Positions 9,172 to 17,572 of a stretch of DNA of 32,000 bases are shown one piece after another. This stretch comes from Planctomycetota bacterium (GTDB lineage Bacteria > Planctomycetota > UBA8742 > UBA2392). The stretch lies in NCBI GenBank assembly GCA_020425515.1, contig JAGQRI010000109.1, positions 4,397 through 36,396 of the forward strand, read 5' to 3'. The stretch's first letter is position 1, and every line of letters starts with the position of its first letter. Below the pieces are notes generated by a model. It worked only from the letters and a program-made list of their open reading frames with translations. It was not told the origin of the DNA and searched no databases. The position numbers and the translations under genes are program-made.

Positions 9172-9215
9172 GAATTTCGAATTCACCAGCAGCTTCCAAC
9201 CCCAATTCGAAATTC
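9172..9215. repeat. AT-rich inverted repeat between convergent genes
   Basis: GAATTTCGAATT (9172-9183) and AATTCGAAATTC (9204-9215) are perfect reverse complements separated by a 20-nt loop. A third TTCGAAAT copy lies at 9227-9234. It may act as a bidirectional terminator or a protein-binding site. Confidence 0.5.
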
Positions 9216-9240
9216 GTGACTCGCACTTCGAAATCGCCGT

Positions 9241-10209
9241 TCAAACCACGCGGTTTTCGGGCTCTTTACCTGTCAAGACGGCGATCACGGCGCGGGCGCA
9301 CATGCGCCCCATTTCGTCGCGCGTCTCGAACGTCGCGCTGCCGATGTGCGGCAGCAGCACCGTGTTGTCGAGCTCGCCCAGTCCCGGCGTCAGCGCGGGC
9401 TCGTTCTCGTAAACGTCAAAGCCGGCGCCCGCGATGCGCTTGTTGGTCAGGGCTGCCACCAACGCGGCTTCGTCCACCACGGGGCCGCGCGCGGTGTTGA
9501 CCAGGATCGCCGTCGGCTTCATGCGCTTCAGCATGTCGGCGTCAATCAGGTGCCGGGTATCCGGCGTGAGCGGACAGTGCAGGCTCACGAAATCCGAGCG
9601 CTCCAGCAGCTCACCAAGCTCAACCAGTTTTGCGCCGAGGTCGTTTTCCCAGTCCACGTGATCCGCCCGTGAGTGGTACAGGATCTCGCAGTCGAAGCCG
9701 TGCTTCAACGTCGCCGCCACATGCTTGCCGATGCGCCCGGCGCCGACGATCCCGACCGTCTTGCCGTACACTCCGTGCCCGCGATGTAGCAGTGGCGCCC
9801 AGCCGGTGAACCCGCCTTGCCGAGTCAGGCGGTCGCCCTCGATGAAGCGCCGCGCACACGCCAGGATAAGCCCAACCGCGATCTCGGCCGTCGCGTCTGT
9901 CAGCACGTCCGGCGTGTTACAGACCGGGATGTTGCGGTTCCTGGCGGCCTCCAGGTCGATGTTGTTGTAACCGACCGCGTAGGTCGCGATGACCTTCAAC
10001 CGCGGCCCGAGGTCTTCAATGAAACTTGCGTCAACGGGGTCGGCCAGCGTGCAGATCAGCGCGTCGCAGCCGGCCGCCGCCTGGATCAGTTCTTCGCGGT
10101 TCAGGTTGCGGTCTTCCGGGTTGACCTCAATACGTGCGTCAGGCAGCGCGCCGGCCAGCAGGTTGGTGGCGGCATCGGGCACAGCGCGGGTGATGTAGAT
10201 GAAGGGCAT
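9241..10209 (-). CDS. D-isomer-specific 2-hydroxyacid dehydrogenase (glyoxylate/hydroxypyruvate reductase or D-glycerate dehydrogenase type)
   Basis: Track ORF is 9241..10242 (GTG). I prefer ATG 10209 (MPFIYITRAVPD...). It has the NAD fold VGIVGAGRIGKHVA and the catalytic-region motifs LVNTARGPVVDE, FDVYENEP and LPHIGSAT. Confidence 0.85.
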   Translation of the reverse strand: MPFIYITRAVPDAATNLLAGALPDARIEVNPEDRNLNREELIQAAAGCDALICTLADPVDASFIEDLGPRLKVIATYAVGYNNIDLEAARNRNIPVCNTPDVLTDATAEIAVGLILACARRFIEGDRLTRQGGFTGWAPLLHRGHGVYGKTVGIVGAGRIGKHVAATLKHGFDCEILYHSRADHVDWENDLGAKLVELGELLERSDFVSLHCPLTPDTRHLIDADMLKRMKPTAILVNTARGPVVDEAALVAALTNKRIAGAGFDVYENEPALTPGLGELDNTVLLPHIGSATFETRDEMGRMCARAVIAVLTGKEPENRVV

Positions 10210-10286
10210 GGTAGTAGCAGGTGGTTGATAATTGGTAGTCACTGCAACTGGCAGGTCACTATCAACTATCGACTGCCAACCATCAA

Positions 10287-11063
10287 CTAGGGTAATCCCC
10301 CGAAATCGACGATCGCCTTGCGGACCTTTTCCGCGACGTCCACGGGTGTCGCCGGCACGCGGATCGTCGTGAACTGCGGGTCGTTGGCCGGCACGCGGGG
10401 CACGTTGTCCTTGCCGTGCAGAAACACGACAGGGATCGCCAGCGCGAAGTGCGACACGAACTCGCGCACCTGCTGCACCGACTTAGGGTCCTTGGTCGTG
10501 TCGCAGATCAGCAGGTGAAAGCGCTCGCGGTCGATGCGTGAAAACGCGCGCGCCAGGTCGGTCTCGAAATCAAGCTCGAAGCCGGCCTGCTTCATCGCCT
10601 GGCGGACCATGCGGTGCCGCTCGTCGGCAACACAGGCCAGCACGCGCGCGACTTCCTGCACCACGGCCAGCCGCCCGCTGCTGGTGTTCAACGGCTTGCG
10701 GTTGAGTACCTGGTCGATGGTGGCCAGCAGGTCGCGCGCGCGAAACGGCTTGGTGATGAAGGCATCGGCGCCGGACAGGTAAGCCTCGAACTCGTCCTCC
10801 AGCGAAGCCGCGGAGGTCAGGTAGACCAGCGGAATGTCGGCGGTCGCGGGATCGGAGCGGATCGACTTGACCAGCTCGAAATCGGTCATGCCTTTCAACT
10901 GCGTGTCGGCGACGATTACATCGACGGGCTTTTCCGCCAGGTAGTCCAGCAGCCCGTCGCCGGCGTTGAGCACTTCCACCGCGTAGCCGTTACGCGCGAG
11001 CAGCGCCGTGACGATGTCCGTCACCGCCTGGTTCTCGTCGATCAACAGGACTGTCGGCCGCAT
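10287..11063 (-). CDS. Response regulator with tandem receiver-like domains and no recognisable output domain
   Basis: REC1 reads VLLIDEN ... VIVADTQLKGMTDFE ... LTS ... ITKPF, so the acidic pocket, phospho-Asp, T/S and K are all present. The second half (RVLACVADE ... HLLICDTTK ... VVFLHGKD) is receiver-like. GAGGGA lies upstream of the ATG. Confidence 0.8.
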   Translation of the reverse strand: MRPTVLLIDENQAVTDIVTALLARNGYAVEVLNAGDGLLDYLAEKPVDVIVADTQLKGMTDFELVKSIRSDPATADIPLVYLTSAASLEDEFEAYLSGADAFITKPFRARDLLATIDQVLNRKPLNTSSGRLAVVQEVARVLACVADERHRMVRQAMKQAGFELDFETDLARAFSRIDRERFHLLICDTTKDPKSVQQVREFVSHFALAIPVVFLHGKDNVPRVPANDPQFTTIRVPATPVDVAEKVRKAIVDFGGLP

Positions 11064-11070
11064 ATTCCCT

Positions 11071-11100
11071 CAAAGAAAGCACCCCGCCGTGGCGGGGTGC
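11071..11100 (-). terminator. Rho-independent terminator (minus strand)
   Basis: The minus-strand sequence GCACCCCGCC-ac-GGCGGGGTGC is followed by TTTCTTTG. It sits 23 nt after the stop of the 11124..12194 gene and only about 8 nt before the response-regulator ATG. Confidence 0.7.
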
Positions 11101-11123
11101 CTGGTACTTGCGAATGCCGCCCG

Positions 11124-12194
11124 CTATTCGTCGGCGGGAGCTTCCTCTTCGGTGCCTTCTTCGCTGCCGTCGCCGCCCGTGGCCGAGCCGCTGCCGACCG
11201 CGTAACCGTCGATGGTACGAATCACCTTCATGCCCGGCCACACGATGTCGTCCGCGTTCGTGCCGACCGAGAAGGGCTCCGGCTTGTCCCTGTCCGCCGG
11301 GGCTTCGGCCTCGTAGGCGCTCTGCGCGATGACCGGCTGCTGGTTCGGCCCCTTCAGGTACAGCGAGTACGAGGCGCCGGCCATGCCGGAAGCCATCGGG
11401 GCGTCGTCGTGTCCGGACGGGATGCCGAGCGCGACGGGCGTAATCATCAGGAACATCACCAGGATGAAGGTCAACCCGGTGAGCACCTTCCAAGCGATGC
11501 CTTCGTTCGGGACGATCTCGACGTACTTGACCTGCTCCTGGATCGTGACGGCGCCCGGCATGCCCATGGGCGGGCCTGCCATGCGCGGTTCATCGGCGTA
11601 ACCGCCGTATCCGCCATCATCACCACCGAGGTCGTCCAGTTCGCCTACGTCGTCGAGTTCATCAAGCTCGTCGAGCCCGCCGGTGTCGACCGGTTCGGTC
11701 TGCAAGCCGATGTCGTCGTCGTCGGAAAGGTCGAGCCCGCCTTCGATTTTCTGCGTGGCGTCGGCGTCGTCTTCACCGAAGTCCAGTCCGCCGAGCTCAT
11801 CGGTTTCGTCGAAGACGAGTTCTTCCGTGAGCGTGGCATCCTGGTCTTCGCCGATGTCGGACAGCTCGACGGTCGGGACGCTGGTGGCGCCCGTGTCTTC
11901 GAAGTCCTGGTCGCTGCTCAGGCTGCCGAGGTCGAGCAGAGTCTCGTCGGTTTCTTCCTCGATGATCTCGAGGCTTTCGCCGCCAAGCTGCGTCTCGCCA
12001 AGGTCGATCTCACCCATATCGGACGGTGAACTCGTCCGCGCGCGAGCAAGCGTCTGGATGTCCTCAGACCGGAACTTCATGCGGTCGTCGTCGCGGAACG
12101 CGCGAATCTGACCTTCCGAAACGAGCCTCTTCAGCTCGTCTTCGTCCATGTTCAGGTCGTTAAGGACGTCGTCGAATGATTTGTAATTAGGCAT
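11124..12194 (-). CDS. Membrane protein with N-terminal excisionase-type HTH-like segment, very acidic linker and one TM helix (hypothetical)
   Basis: GGAG lies 8 nt upstream of the ATG. The N-terminus reads DDVLNDLNMDEDELKRLVSEGQIRAFRDDDRMKFRSEDIQ. About 150 aa of D/E/G/L-rich low-complexity sequence follows, then the TM helix WKVLTGLTFILVMFLMITPVALGI and a C-terminal extracytoplasmic region. Confidence 0.75.
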   Translation of the reverse strand: MPNYKSFDDVLNDLNMDEDELKRLVSEGQIRAFRDDDRMKFRSEDIQTLARARTSSPSDMGEIDLGETQLGGESLEIIEEETDETLLDLGSLSSDQDFEDTGATSVPTVELSDIGEDQDATLTEELVFDETDELGGLDFGEDDADATQKIEGGLDLSDDDDIGLQTEPVDTGGLDELDELDDVGELDDLGGDDGGYGGYADEPRMAGPPMGMPGAVTIQEQVKYVEIVPNEGIAWKVLTGLTFILVMFLMITPVALGIPSGHDDAPMASGMAGASYSLYLKGPNQQPVIAQSAYEAEAPADRDKPEPFSVGTNADDIVWPGMKVIRTIDGYAVGSGSATGGDGSEEGTEEEAPADE

Positions 12195-12307
12195 CTAAAC
12201 TACTCCGGAAATGATCCGGCTCTTGGGGGTCCTGCACAAACCTGAACCCGGCGCGAACGCGACCGGCAATTTCAGGCACGCTTATACAAAACAGAATTGT
12301 AAGGAAT

Positions 12308-12341
12308 GGGGCGTTTCCGGCGCAAGTACCGAAAACGCCCC
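12308..12341 (-). terminator. Hairpin terminator candidate (minus strand)
   Basis: GGGGCGTTT pairs with AAACGCCCC over 9 bp, with 3 further pairs across one mismatch and an 8-nt loop. It lies 45 nt downstream of the 12386 stop. The downstream U-content is moderate. Confidence 0.45.
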
Positions 12342-12385
12342 GTGATAGGAATATGACAGCCGATTGATCGGCCACTGATTCCGGG

Positions 12386-12826
12386 CTATTTGCCCTTCTT
12401 CTTCGCGTCCTCGGCCGCCTTCTTCAGCGCTGCCGGCTCATAGGACTTCTTGTTGGTGGCTTCGCCGCTGATGTTCGGCCACGAGAAGTCATAGGCGAGG
12501 GTCCGCGCCGCGATGAAGTAGAGGTCGCACTTGGCCGTGCCGGACTGGCGCAGCTCGTAGACCGCCATCTGCAGGTCTTCCTGGCCCGCTTCGTACGGGT
12601 TTTCCGCCTTCTGGACGATGACTACGTACTGCGTGTCGCCGCCGACGGTGACCGGCGTGACCGTCCATTCCGGGCCCTTGTCGGTACCCGAGCTCTGGGC
12701 GGAAACCGGCGTGGCGTCGTCGGCAAATGTGTTGAACGCGTACAGCCCGCCGATGACCGTCAGCATCAGTGCAATGCACGACAGCATCGCGATCGTGACT
12801 GCGGGTAGAATCGACTTCTTATCCAT
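12386..12826 (-). CDS. Membrane-anchored hypothetical protein
   Basis: Track ORF is 12386..12916. I prefer ATG 12826 (MDKKSILPAVTIAMLSCIALMLTVIGGLYAF), which has GGGAGA upstream. It has a single N-terminal TM helix and a Lys-rich C-terminus. No family was recognised. Confidence 0.65.
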   Translation of the reverse strand: MDKKSILPAVTIAMLSCIALMLTVIGGLYAFNTFADDATPVSAQSSGTDKGPEWTVTPVTVGGDTQYVVIVQKAENPYEAGQEDLQMAVYELRQSGTAKCDLYFIAARTLAYDFSWPNISGEATNKKSYEPAALKKAAEDAKKKGK

Positions 12827-12966
12827 TTGTGTTTCTCCCTGTGGGATGGGCTCCCAAGCCTGCGAGGGGATCAAGCGGGGTCCCGCCAGTCTAGAATACC
12901 CTACACCCCTCACCAATAGGACGCATCGAAAGCTGTCTGCTTACATGCCAAAAAACTGTCAGGGGG

Positions 12967-13935
12967 TTACACGAGCTCGGCGGCTCCGTTTTCGAGGCAC
13001 CGTTCGGCGATTTCGGTCCCTAGCGCGTGCGGGTCATCGATCTCGCCGTCCGCGCGATGCTCGACGACGACGCTGCCGTCCCTGGCAAGCACCCGCCCGG
13101 TCATTTTCAGCGCACTGCCTTCGGGCACGCAGGCGAACGCGGCCACCGGCGCCTGGCAGCCGGCGCCAAGCCGGTTCAGGAAAGCCCTCTCGGCTGCAGT
13201 GGAAGCGAACGTCGCCGCATCGTGCAGCGGCGCGAGCAGGTGGATCAGGCGCTCGTCGTCGGAGCGGATCTCGATACCGAGCGCCCCCTGCCCCACGGCC
13301 GGCAGCCAGCCCGGCGCCCTCAGGGCCAGCGCGTCGAAGCGGGAATCCACACGGTCGGGACGCGTTGAAAAATCGATCAGCCCGAGCCGCGAAAGCCCGG
13401 CCGCGGCCAGCACGATGGCGTCCGGGCCGTCGTTCTCGAGCTTGTTCAGGCGTGTATCCACGTTGCCGCGCCACTCGATCACGTGCAGGTCAGGGCGGCT
13501 TGCCAGCAGCATGGCCTTGCGGCGCAGGCTGGAGGTGCCCACCGTCGCACCCTCCGGCAGGTAGGCCAGCGGGTCGGAATCGTCGTCGATGGTGCCGATC
13601 CGGTCGCGGTAAACCAGCGAGTCGTCGACGACTTCGCGCGTCGGCGTGCAGGCGATCTGCAGCCCGTCCGGCAACTCCGTCGGCAGGTCCTTCAGCGAGT
13701 GAACGGCGAGGTCGCACTTGCCCAGCAGCAGGGCGTCCTCGATCTCCTTGGTGAACGCGCCCTTGCCGCCAAGCTCGGAAAGCGACGCGCCAAGGTTGGT
13801 GTCGCCGGTGGTCTTGATCTCGACGATCTCGACTTCGACATCCTCATGAAAACGGCGCAACTCACCCGCAACCCAGTGCGACTGGGCCTGCGCAAGCTTG
13901 CTGCCACGACTGCCGATGATGACCTTCTCGGTCAT
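12967..13935 (-). CDS. hemC: Hydroxymethylbilane synthase (porphobilinogen deaminase)
   Basis: The N-terminus IIGSRGSKLAQAQS ... IKTTGD ... GGKGAFTKEIEDALL ... DLAVHSLKDLP is the classical HemC signature. Confidence 0.92.
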   Translation of the reverse strand: MTEKVIIGSRGSKLAQAQSHWVAGELRRFHEDVEVEIVEIKTTGDTNLGASLSELGGKGAFTKEIEDALLLGKCDLAVHSLKDLPTELPDGLQIACTPTREVVDDSLVYRDRIGTIDDDSDPLAYLPEGATVGTSSLRRKAMLLASRPDLHVIEWRGNVDTRLNKLENDGPDAIVLAAAGLSRLGLIDFSTRPDRVDSRFDALALRAPGWLPAVGQGALGIEIRSDDERLIHLLAPLHDAATFASTAAERAFLNRLGAGCQAPVAAFACVPEGSALKMTGRVLARDGSVVVEHRADGEIDDPHALGTEIAERCLENGAAELV

Positions 13936-13955
13936 AGGTGAATTCCGAAATTGCC

Positions 13956-15098
13956 TTAGTAGCTTTCCAGTCCGTTGCGCAGGTCTTCGATCAGGTCGCG
14001 CGGATCTTCAATCCCCACGCTCAGGCGGATCAGCCCGTCGTTCAGCCCGGCCTTGGCACGCAGTTCCTTGGGGATGCTGGCGTGGGTCATGCTGGCCGGG
14101 TGCTCGAGCAGGCTTTCGACGCCGCCGAGCGATTCGCCGAGCGTCCAGACCCGGCGGTCGCTGACGACTTTCTCGCCGTCGGCCACGCTGCCGTCGATCT
14201 CGAAGCTGATCATGGCGCCGAATCGCTTCATCTGTTTCGCCGCAACGTCGTGATTCGGGTGGGCATCGAGCGCCGGGTAGAAGACCTTCGTGACCCGCTT
14301 GTGCTCGAGCAGGAAACTGACGATCTGCTCGGCGTTGTCGCAGGCCTTTTCCATGCGCACGCCGAGCGTTTTGATGCCGCGGTGGACCAGATAGCAATCC
14401 AGCCCGCCCGGCACGGCGCCGCTGGCGTTCTGGTTAAAGGAAATCCCCTCGTGCAGCTTCTGGTCGCGCGTGACGGCGGCGCCCATTACCACGTCGCTGT
14501 GGCCGCCGAGGTACTTGGTGCAACTGTGCATCACGATGTCCGCGCCGAGTTCCAGCGGGCGCTGCAGGTAGGGCGACGCGAAGGTGTTGTCCACTACGCT
14601 GGTGATGCCTTTGTCGCGGGCGAGCTTGGTCAGCGCCGCGATGTCGCTGATTTTCAGCAGCGGATTCGAGGGCGTCTCCAGGAACAGCATCTTCGTGTTG
14701 TCTTTCAACGCCGCGGCAACGTTGGCCGGGTCGGTGGTGTCGACCCAGGTGAACTCGATGCCGAAGCGGCTGAAGGTCTTGTCGAAGATGCGGAACGTGC
14801 CGCCGTAGACGTCGTCGGCCACCACGCAATGGTCACCGGCGCTGAGCAGTTTGATGATCGAGTCGGTCGCGCCGAGCCCGCTGCTGAAGGCGCAGGCGTA
14901 CTCGCCGTCCTCAATGTTCGCGAGAACCTGTTCCAGCGCCTTGCGTGTCGGGTTACCGCTGCGGGCGTACTCGTAGCCCTGGTGCTTGCCGGGGCCTGAC
15001 TGCGCGAACGTGCTGCTGAGGAAAACCGGCGGATTGACGGCGCCGAAGTGGTCGAAGGGGTCGTAGCCGGCGTGGATGGCGCGAGTTTCGAAATGCAT
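13956..15098 (-). CDS. Cys/Met-metabolism PLP enzyme (cystathionine gamma-synthase / beta-lyase / gamma-lyase family)
   Basis: Track ORF is 13956..15275. I prefer ATG 15098 ([11 protein letters not shown]...), which has AAAGGA upstream. Motifs are [17 protein letters not shown], and [12 protein letters not shown], which holds the PLP lysine. Its stop lies 20 nt upstream of the hemC start. Confidence 0.88.
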   Translation of the reverse strand: MHFETRAIHAGYDPFDHFGAVNPPVFLSSTFAQSGPGKHQGYEYARSGNPTRKALEQVLANIEDGEYACAFSSGLGATDSIIKLLSAGDHCVVADDVYGGTFRIFDKTFSRFGIEFTWVDTTDPANVAAALKDNTKMLFLETPSNPLLKISDIAALTKLARDKGITSVVDNTFASPYLQRPLELGADIVMHSCTKYLGGHSDVVMGAAVTRDQKLHEGISFNQNASGAVPGGLDCYLVHRGIKTLGVRMEKACDNAEQIVSFLLEHKRVTKVFYPALDAHPNHDVAAKQMKRFGAMISFEIDGSVADGEKVVSDRRVWTLGESLGGVESLLEHPASMTHASIPKELRAKAGLNDGLIRLSVGIEDPRDLIEDLRNGLESY

Positions 15099-15575
15099 GG
15101 GTGTCCTTTGTTGATCTGCGCCGAGTATGTGCAGAGTGATGTGGAGCCGCAAGCGAGAGTCTTCGGTGAGTCGAGAGGCTTGAGGCGGCAGGCGGGAGAT
15201 AGAGGCAACTGCCCCCTGAACGGATTCTCTAAAGCGGACGAGTCCGAACACCCGACGCATAGAACAGGCAACCATGGTTGCCGCGAATTTCGGGCCGCGA
15301 TCCCCCGGAGAACGATTTCAGCTTTCGCGCGGGGCTGCTCGGTCGCGGTCCACCTAAATCGAAACAGGGAGGTCAGTCCCCACTCGACACCAAGCCAGAC
15401 ACCTCATCGGCCAGCGCGTGAGCGTTTACCGAGGCGCCAGAGCCGCGCCAATCACCCAATCTCATCCCACAATCCAATCACATACAGCCCGGCGCCGACT
15501 GACCCTCAGCGCCGGGTCCTTCGTTATGATATCTCTGTCGGCGGAACTGTTTCCGAAACACGGTGAGGTGTGAAC

Positions 15576-15983
15576 ATGGAATCTGATGTCCAGGTGCGAG
15601 AGTTGGTAAGGCGAGTCGACGAACTCGAGAAGGAAGTTGAACAACTCAGTCGCGCGCCCCTCAGCCGGATGTCGTTCCTTCGGCGCACAGTGTTTGGTGT
15701 TTTCGTCTTTGCCGTAGCATTTGGTGGACTCAGCGCGTTCCTTGACCACTTCGAACTGAGATTCGGCGGTCGTCCATACAAAGTTGAGGCCGACGTCGTG
15801 CGGTCCGGCAGTCTCGAACTGGAAAGCGACGGCGATAGCCCGAAACGTTGGGGCAGCGTCGACGGGAAGTCCTCCAGGATCGAACTCACGTCGGATTCGG
15901 GCAGCGTGCATATCAGCCCGCGTGGAATAGAGATTGAGGGCGAAGACGGCACCCTCTCGCTCAAACCGGAAAAGAAGAAATAG
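15576..15983 (+). CDS. Hypothetical membrane-anchored protein (coiled-coil N-terminus, one TM helix)
   Basis: ATG 15576 is preceded by GGTGAGGTG (the track start is GTG 15570). The N-terminus VRELVRRVDELEKEVEQL is followed by the TM helix VFGVFVFAVAFGGLSAFL. The composition is plausible but no family was recognised. Confidence 0.5.
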   Translation: MESDVQVRELVRRVDELEKEVEQLSRAPLSRMSFLRRTVFGVFVFAVAFGGLSAFLDHFELRFGGRPYKVEADVVRSGSLELESDGDSPKRWGSVDGKSSRIELTSDSGSVHISPRGIEIEGEDGTLSLKPEKKK

Positions 15984-15999
15984 CGCCGCGGCAGGGTGC

Positions 16000-16027
16000 T
16001 TGACCCCCCAACCTTCGCCGCTACACT
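16000..16027 (+). promoter_or_regulatory. Sigma-70-type promoter candidate for rpsD
   Basis: TTGACC (16000-16005), a 16-nt spacer, then TACACT (16022-16027). This would give a leader of about 110 nt before the rpsD ATG. Confidence 0.5.
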
Positions 16028-16141
16028 TTTCGCCCTTGTAGCGCCGGCCATTGATTGGCCGCTTGTGCGACGCCGGAGCTCGCACAACACCCCGGGCCTT
16101 GTTCGCCCGCCGGTGGCCGATCCGGAAGAGGTATTGAGTCC

Positions 16142-16750
16142 ATGGGACGTTACACAGGACCGAAGCACCGCGTATCGCGCCGATTCGCGGAAAACATCTG
16201 GGGCACGCGCAAGTCGCCCCTGGCCAGCAAGCCCTACAAGCCGGGCGCCCACGGGCGCGACGCACGCCGCGGCAAGATCTCGACCTTCAACAAGGGCATG
16301 ATCGAGAAGCAGAAGCTGAAGTACTACTACCAGCTTCGCGAGCGCAGCTTCCGCCGCCTCTACCGCCAGGCCAACAGCATGGGCGGCAACACCGGTGAGA
16401 ACCTGATGCAGTTGCTCGAGCGTCGCCTCGACAACATGGTCTACCGCATGGGGCTCGCGCCGACCAACCGTTCCGCGCGCCAGTTGGTCAGCCACGGGCA
16501 CATTGAAGTGAACGGCAAGAAGGTTGACCGCGCCAGCTTCATCGTCGACGTCGGCGACAAGGTCGGCATCCGCACCAAGAGCAAGAACCACATCCAGGTG
16601 CAGGAAGCCGCCGCGCAGAAGAACGCCAGCGTGAACTACGTGAAGGTGGACTTCGACAAACTGGAAGGCGAGCTGATCCAGGTGCCGAAGCGCAAGGACA
16701 TCCCGATGATTGCCAACGAACGCCTCGTGATCGAGTTCCTGAGCCGCTAA
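16142..16750 (+). CDS. rpsD: 30S ribosomal protein S4
   Basis: Track ORF is 16055..16750. The true start is ATG 16142 ([15 protein letters not shown]...), with GGAAGAGG upstream. The S4 domain reads [37 protein letters not shown]. Confidence 0.95.
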   Translation: MGRYTGPKHRVSRRFAENIWGTRKSPLASKPYKPGAHGRDARRGKISTFNKGMIEKQKLKYYYQLRERSFRRLYRQANSMGGNTGENLMQLLERRLDNMVYRMGLAPTNRSARQLVSHGHIEVNGKKVDRASFIVDVGDKVGIRTKSKNHIQVQEAAAQKNASVNYVKVDFDKLEGELIQVPKRKDIPMIANERLVIEFLSR

Positions 16751-16769
16751 CCGATCAAACACCGACAAA

Positions 16770-16797
16770 GCCCCGGGCAACTGCCCGGGGCTTTTTT
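16770..16797 (+). terminator. Rho-independent terminator of rpsD
   Basis: GCCCCGGG-caactg-CCCGGGGC is followed by TTTTTT and preceded by AAA. Confidence 0.85.
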
Positions 16798-16859
16798 GTC
16801 GTGTGCGGAAACGAGCAGCGTCACGGCGCCTTCTCGTTTTCGTAAACCTTGTTGCTGAC

Positions 16860-16886
16860 TGAACTTCGTTTTCCGCCCGCCCGTTA
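16860..16886 (+). promoter_or_regulatory. ECF-type promoter candidate upstream of the sigma factor gene
   Basis: TGAAC (16860-16864), a 17-nt spacer, then CGTTA (16882-16886). It lies 67 nt upstream of the ATG. The same architecture recurs at 17573. Confidence 0.4.
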
Positions 16887-16952
16887 GTAGCGCGTGATAC
16901 CTTCTATCGATCTCTGTTTTCCCGAAACGCCTGGGGGCCGGGGAAAGAGACT

Positions 16953-17513
16953 ATGAAGCAGCAGCCGGGTCTGTCTGACGAGGAACTCGTTAAACGCGTC
17001 CTGAAGGGCGAAAGCGAGTTCTATGAGCACGTGATCAAGCGCTTCGAGCGCCTGGTCTACGGCTTCATGCTGCGCAAGATCAGCGACGTCGGCATCGCCC
17101 AGGACCTGGCCCAGGAAACCTTCCTGATCGGCTTCGAGAACCTCAATCGCCTGAAGGACCACGCCCGCCTGAAGTCATGGCTGATGGGCATCGCGGGCAA
17201 CCTCGTGCGCGACCATTACAAGCGCCGCAAGATGGCCGGCATGCCGGAGGGTATGGACGTCGAGCTGACCGGCATGGACCCCCTGCAGTCGGCCGAGCAA
17301 ACCGAGCGGCACGAGGTGCTGTACAAGGCGCTGGCCAAGTTGTCCGAGCGCTACCGGGCGGTCCTGATCAAGCGCTACCTGGAAGGGCAGGAGTACGCGG
17401 AAATCGCCGATGACCTCGGCCTATCTATTGGCGCTGTCGAAGTTTGCATGCACCGCGCCAGGAAGTCGCTGCAGTCGGCCATGAAAGAATTGATGCCGGA
17501 TATTGATATTTAG
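16953..17513 (+). CDS. ECF-family RNA polymerase sigma factor
   Basis: Region 2 reads YGFMLRKISDVGIAQDLAQETFLIGFENL ... SWLMGIAGNLVRDHYKRR. Region 4 reads RYLEGQEYAEIADDLGLSIGAVEVCMHRARKSL. Confidence 0.9.
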   Translation: MKQQPGLSDEELVKRVLKGESEFYEHVIKRFERLVYGFMLRKISDVGIAQDLAQETFLIGFENLNRLKDHARLKSWLMGIAGNLVRDHYKRRKMAGMPEGMDVELTGMDPLQSAEQTERHEVLYKALAKLSERYRAVLIKRYLEGQEYAEIADDLGLSIGAVEVCMHRARKSLQSAMKELMPDIDI

Positions 17514-17572
17514 CACATGCACGCCGACGGTATTGAAAATTAACGGGTGATCAGGTGTAAGCGGAAGCCCGC

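Noticed and set aside
9147-9240. CRISPR-like or tRNA-like signal in the TTCGAA repeat region
   Set aside because: The repeats are only 8-12 nt and irregularly spaced, with no cas genes nearby. There is no cloverleaf or GTTCGAATC T-arm context.
10614-12029. 471-aa plus-strand ORF spanning the response regulator and acidic-protein genes
   Set aside because: It crosses a terminator and two well-supported minus-strand genes, and has shadow-ORF composition.
12618-13754. 378-aa plus-strand ORF (extremely Arg/Pro/Ala-rich) and 13938..14999 (353 aa)
   Set aside because: Antisense to hemC and to the Cys/Met PLP enzyme, both of which have textbook motifs.
15099-15300. Possible SAM riboswitch in the leader of the Cys/Met PLP gene
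   Set aside because: I compared the minus-strand leader with the SAM-I, SAM-II and SAM-IV core consensus as I remember them. GGCAACC is present but the flanking AGAGGG/GGUGC-type blocks are not. It is kept only as an unexplained structured leader in the findings.
15524-16780. 418-aa minus-strand ORF and 15462..16265 (267 aa)
   Set aside because: Antisense to rpsD and to the 15576 gene, and they run through the rpsD promoter and terminator.
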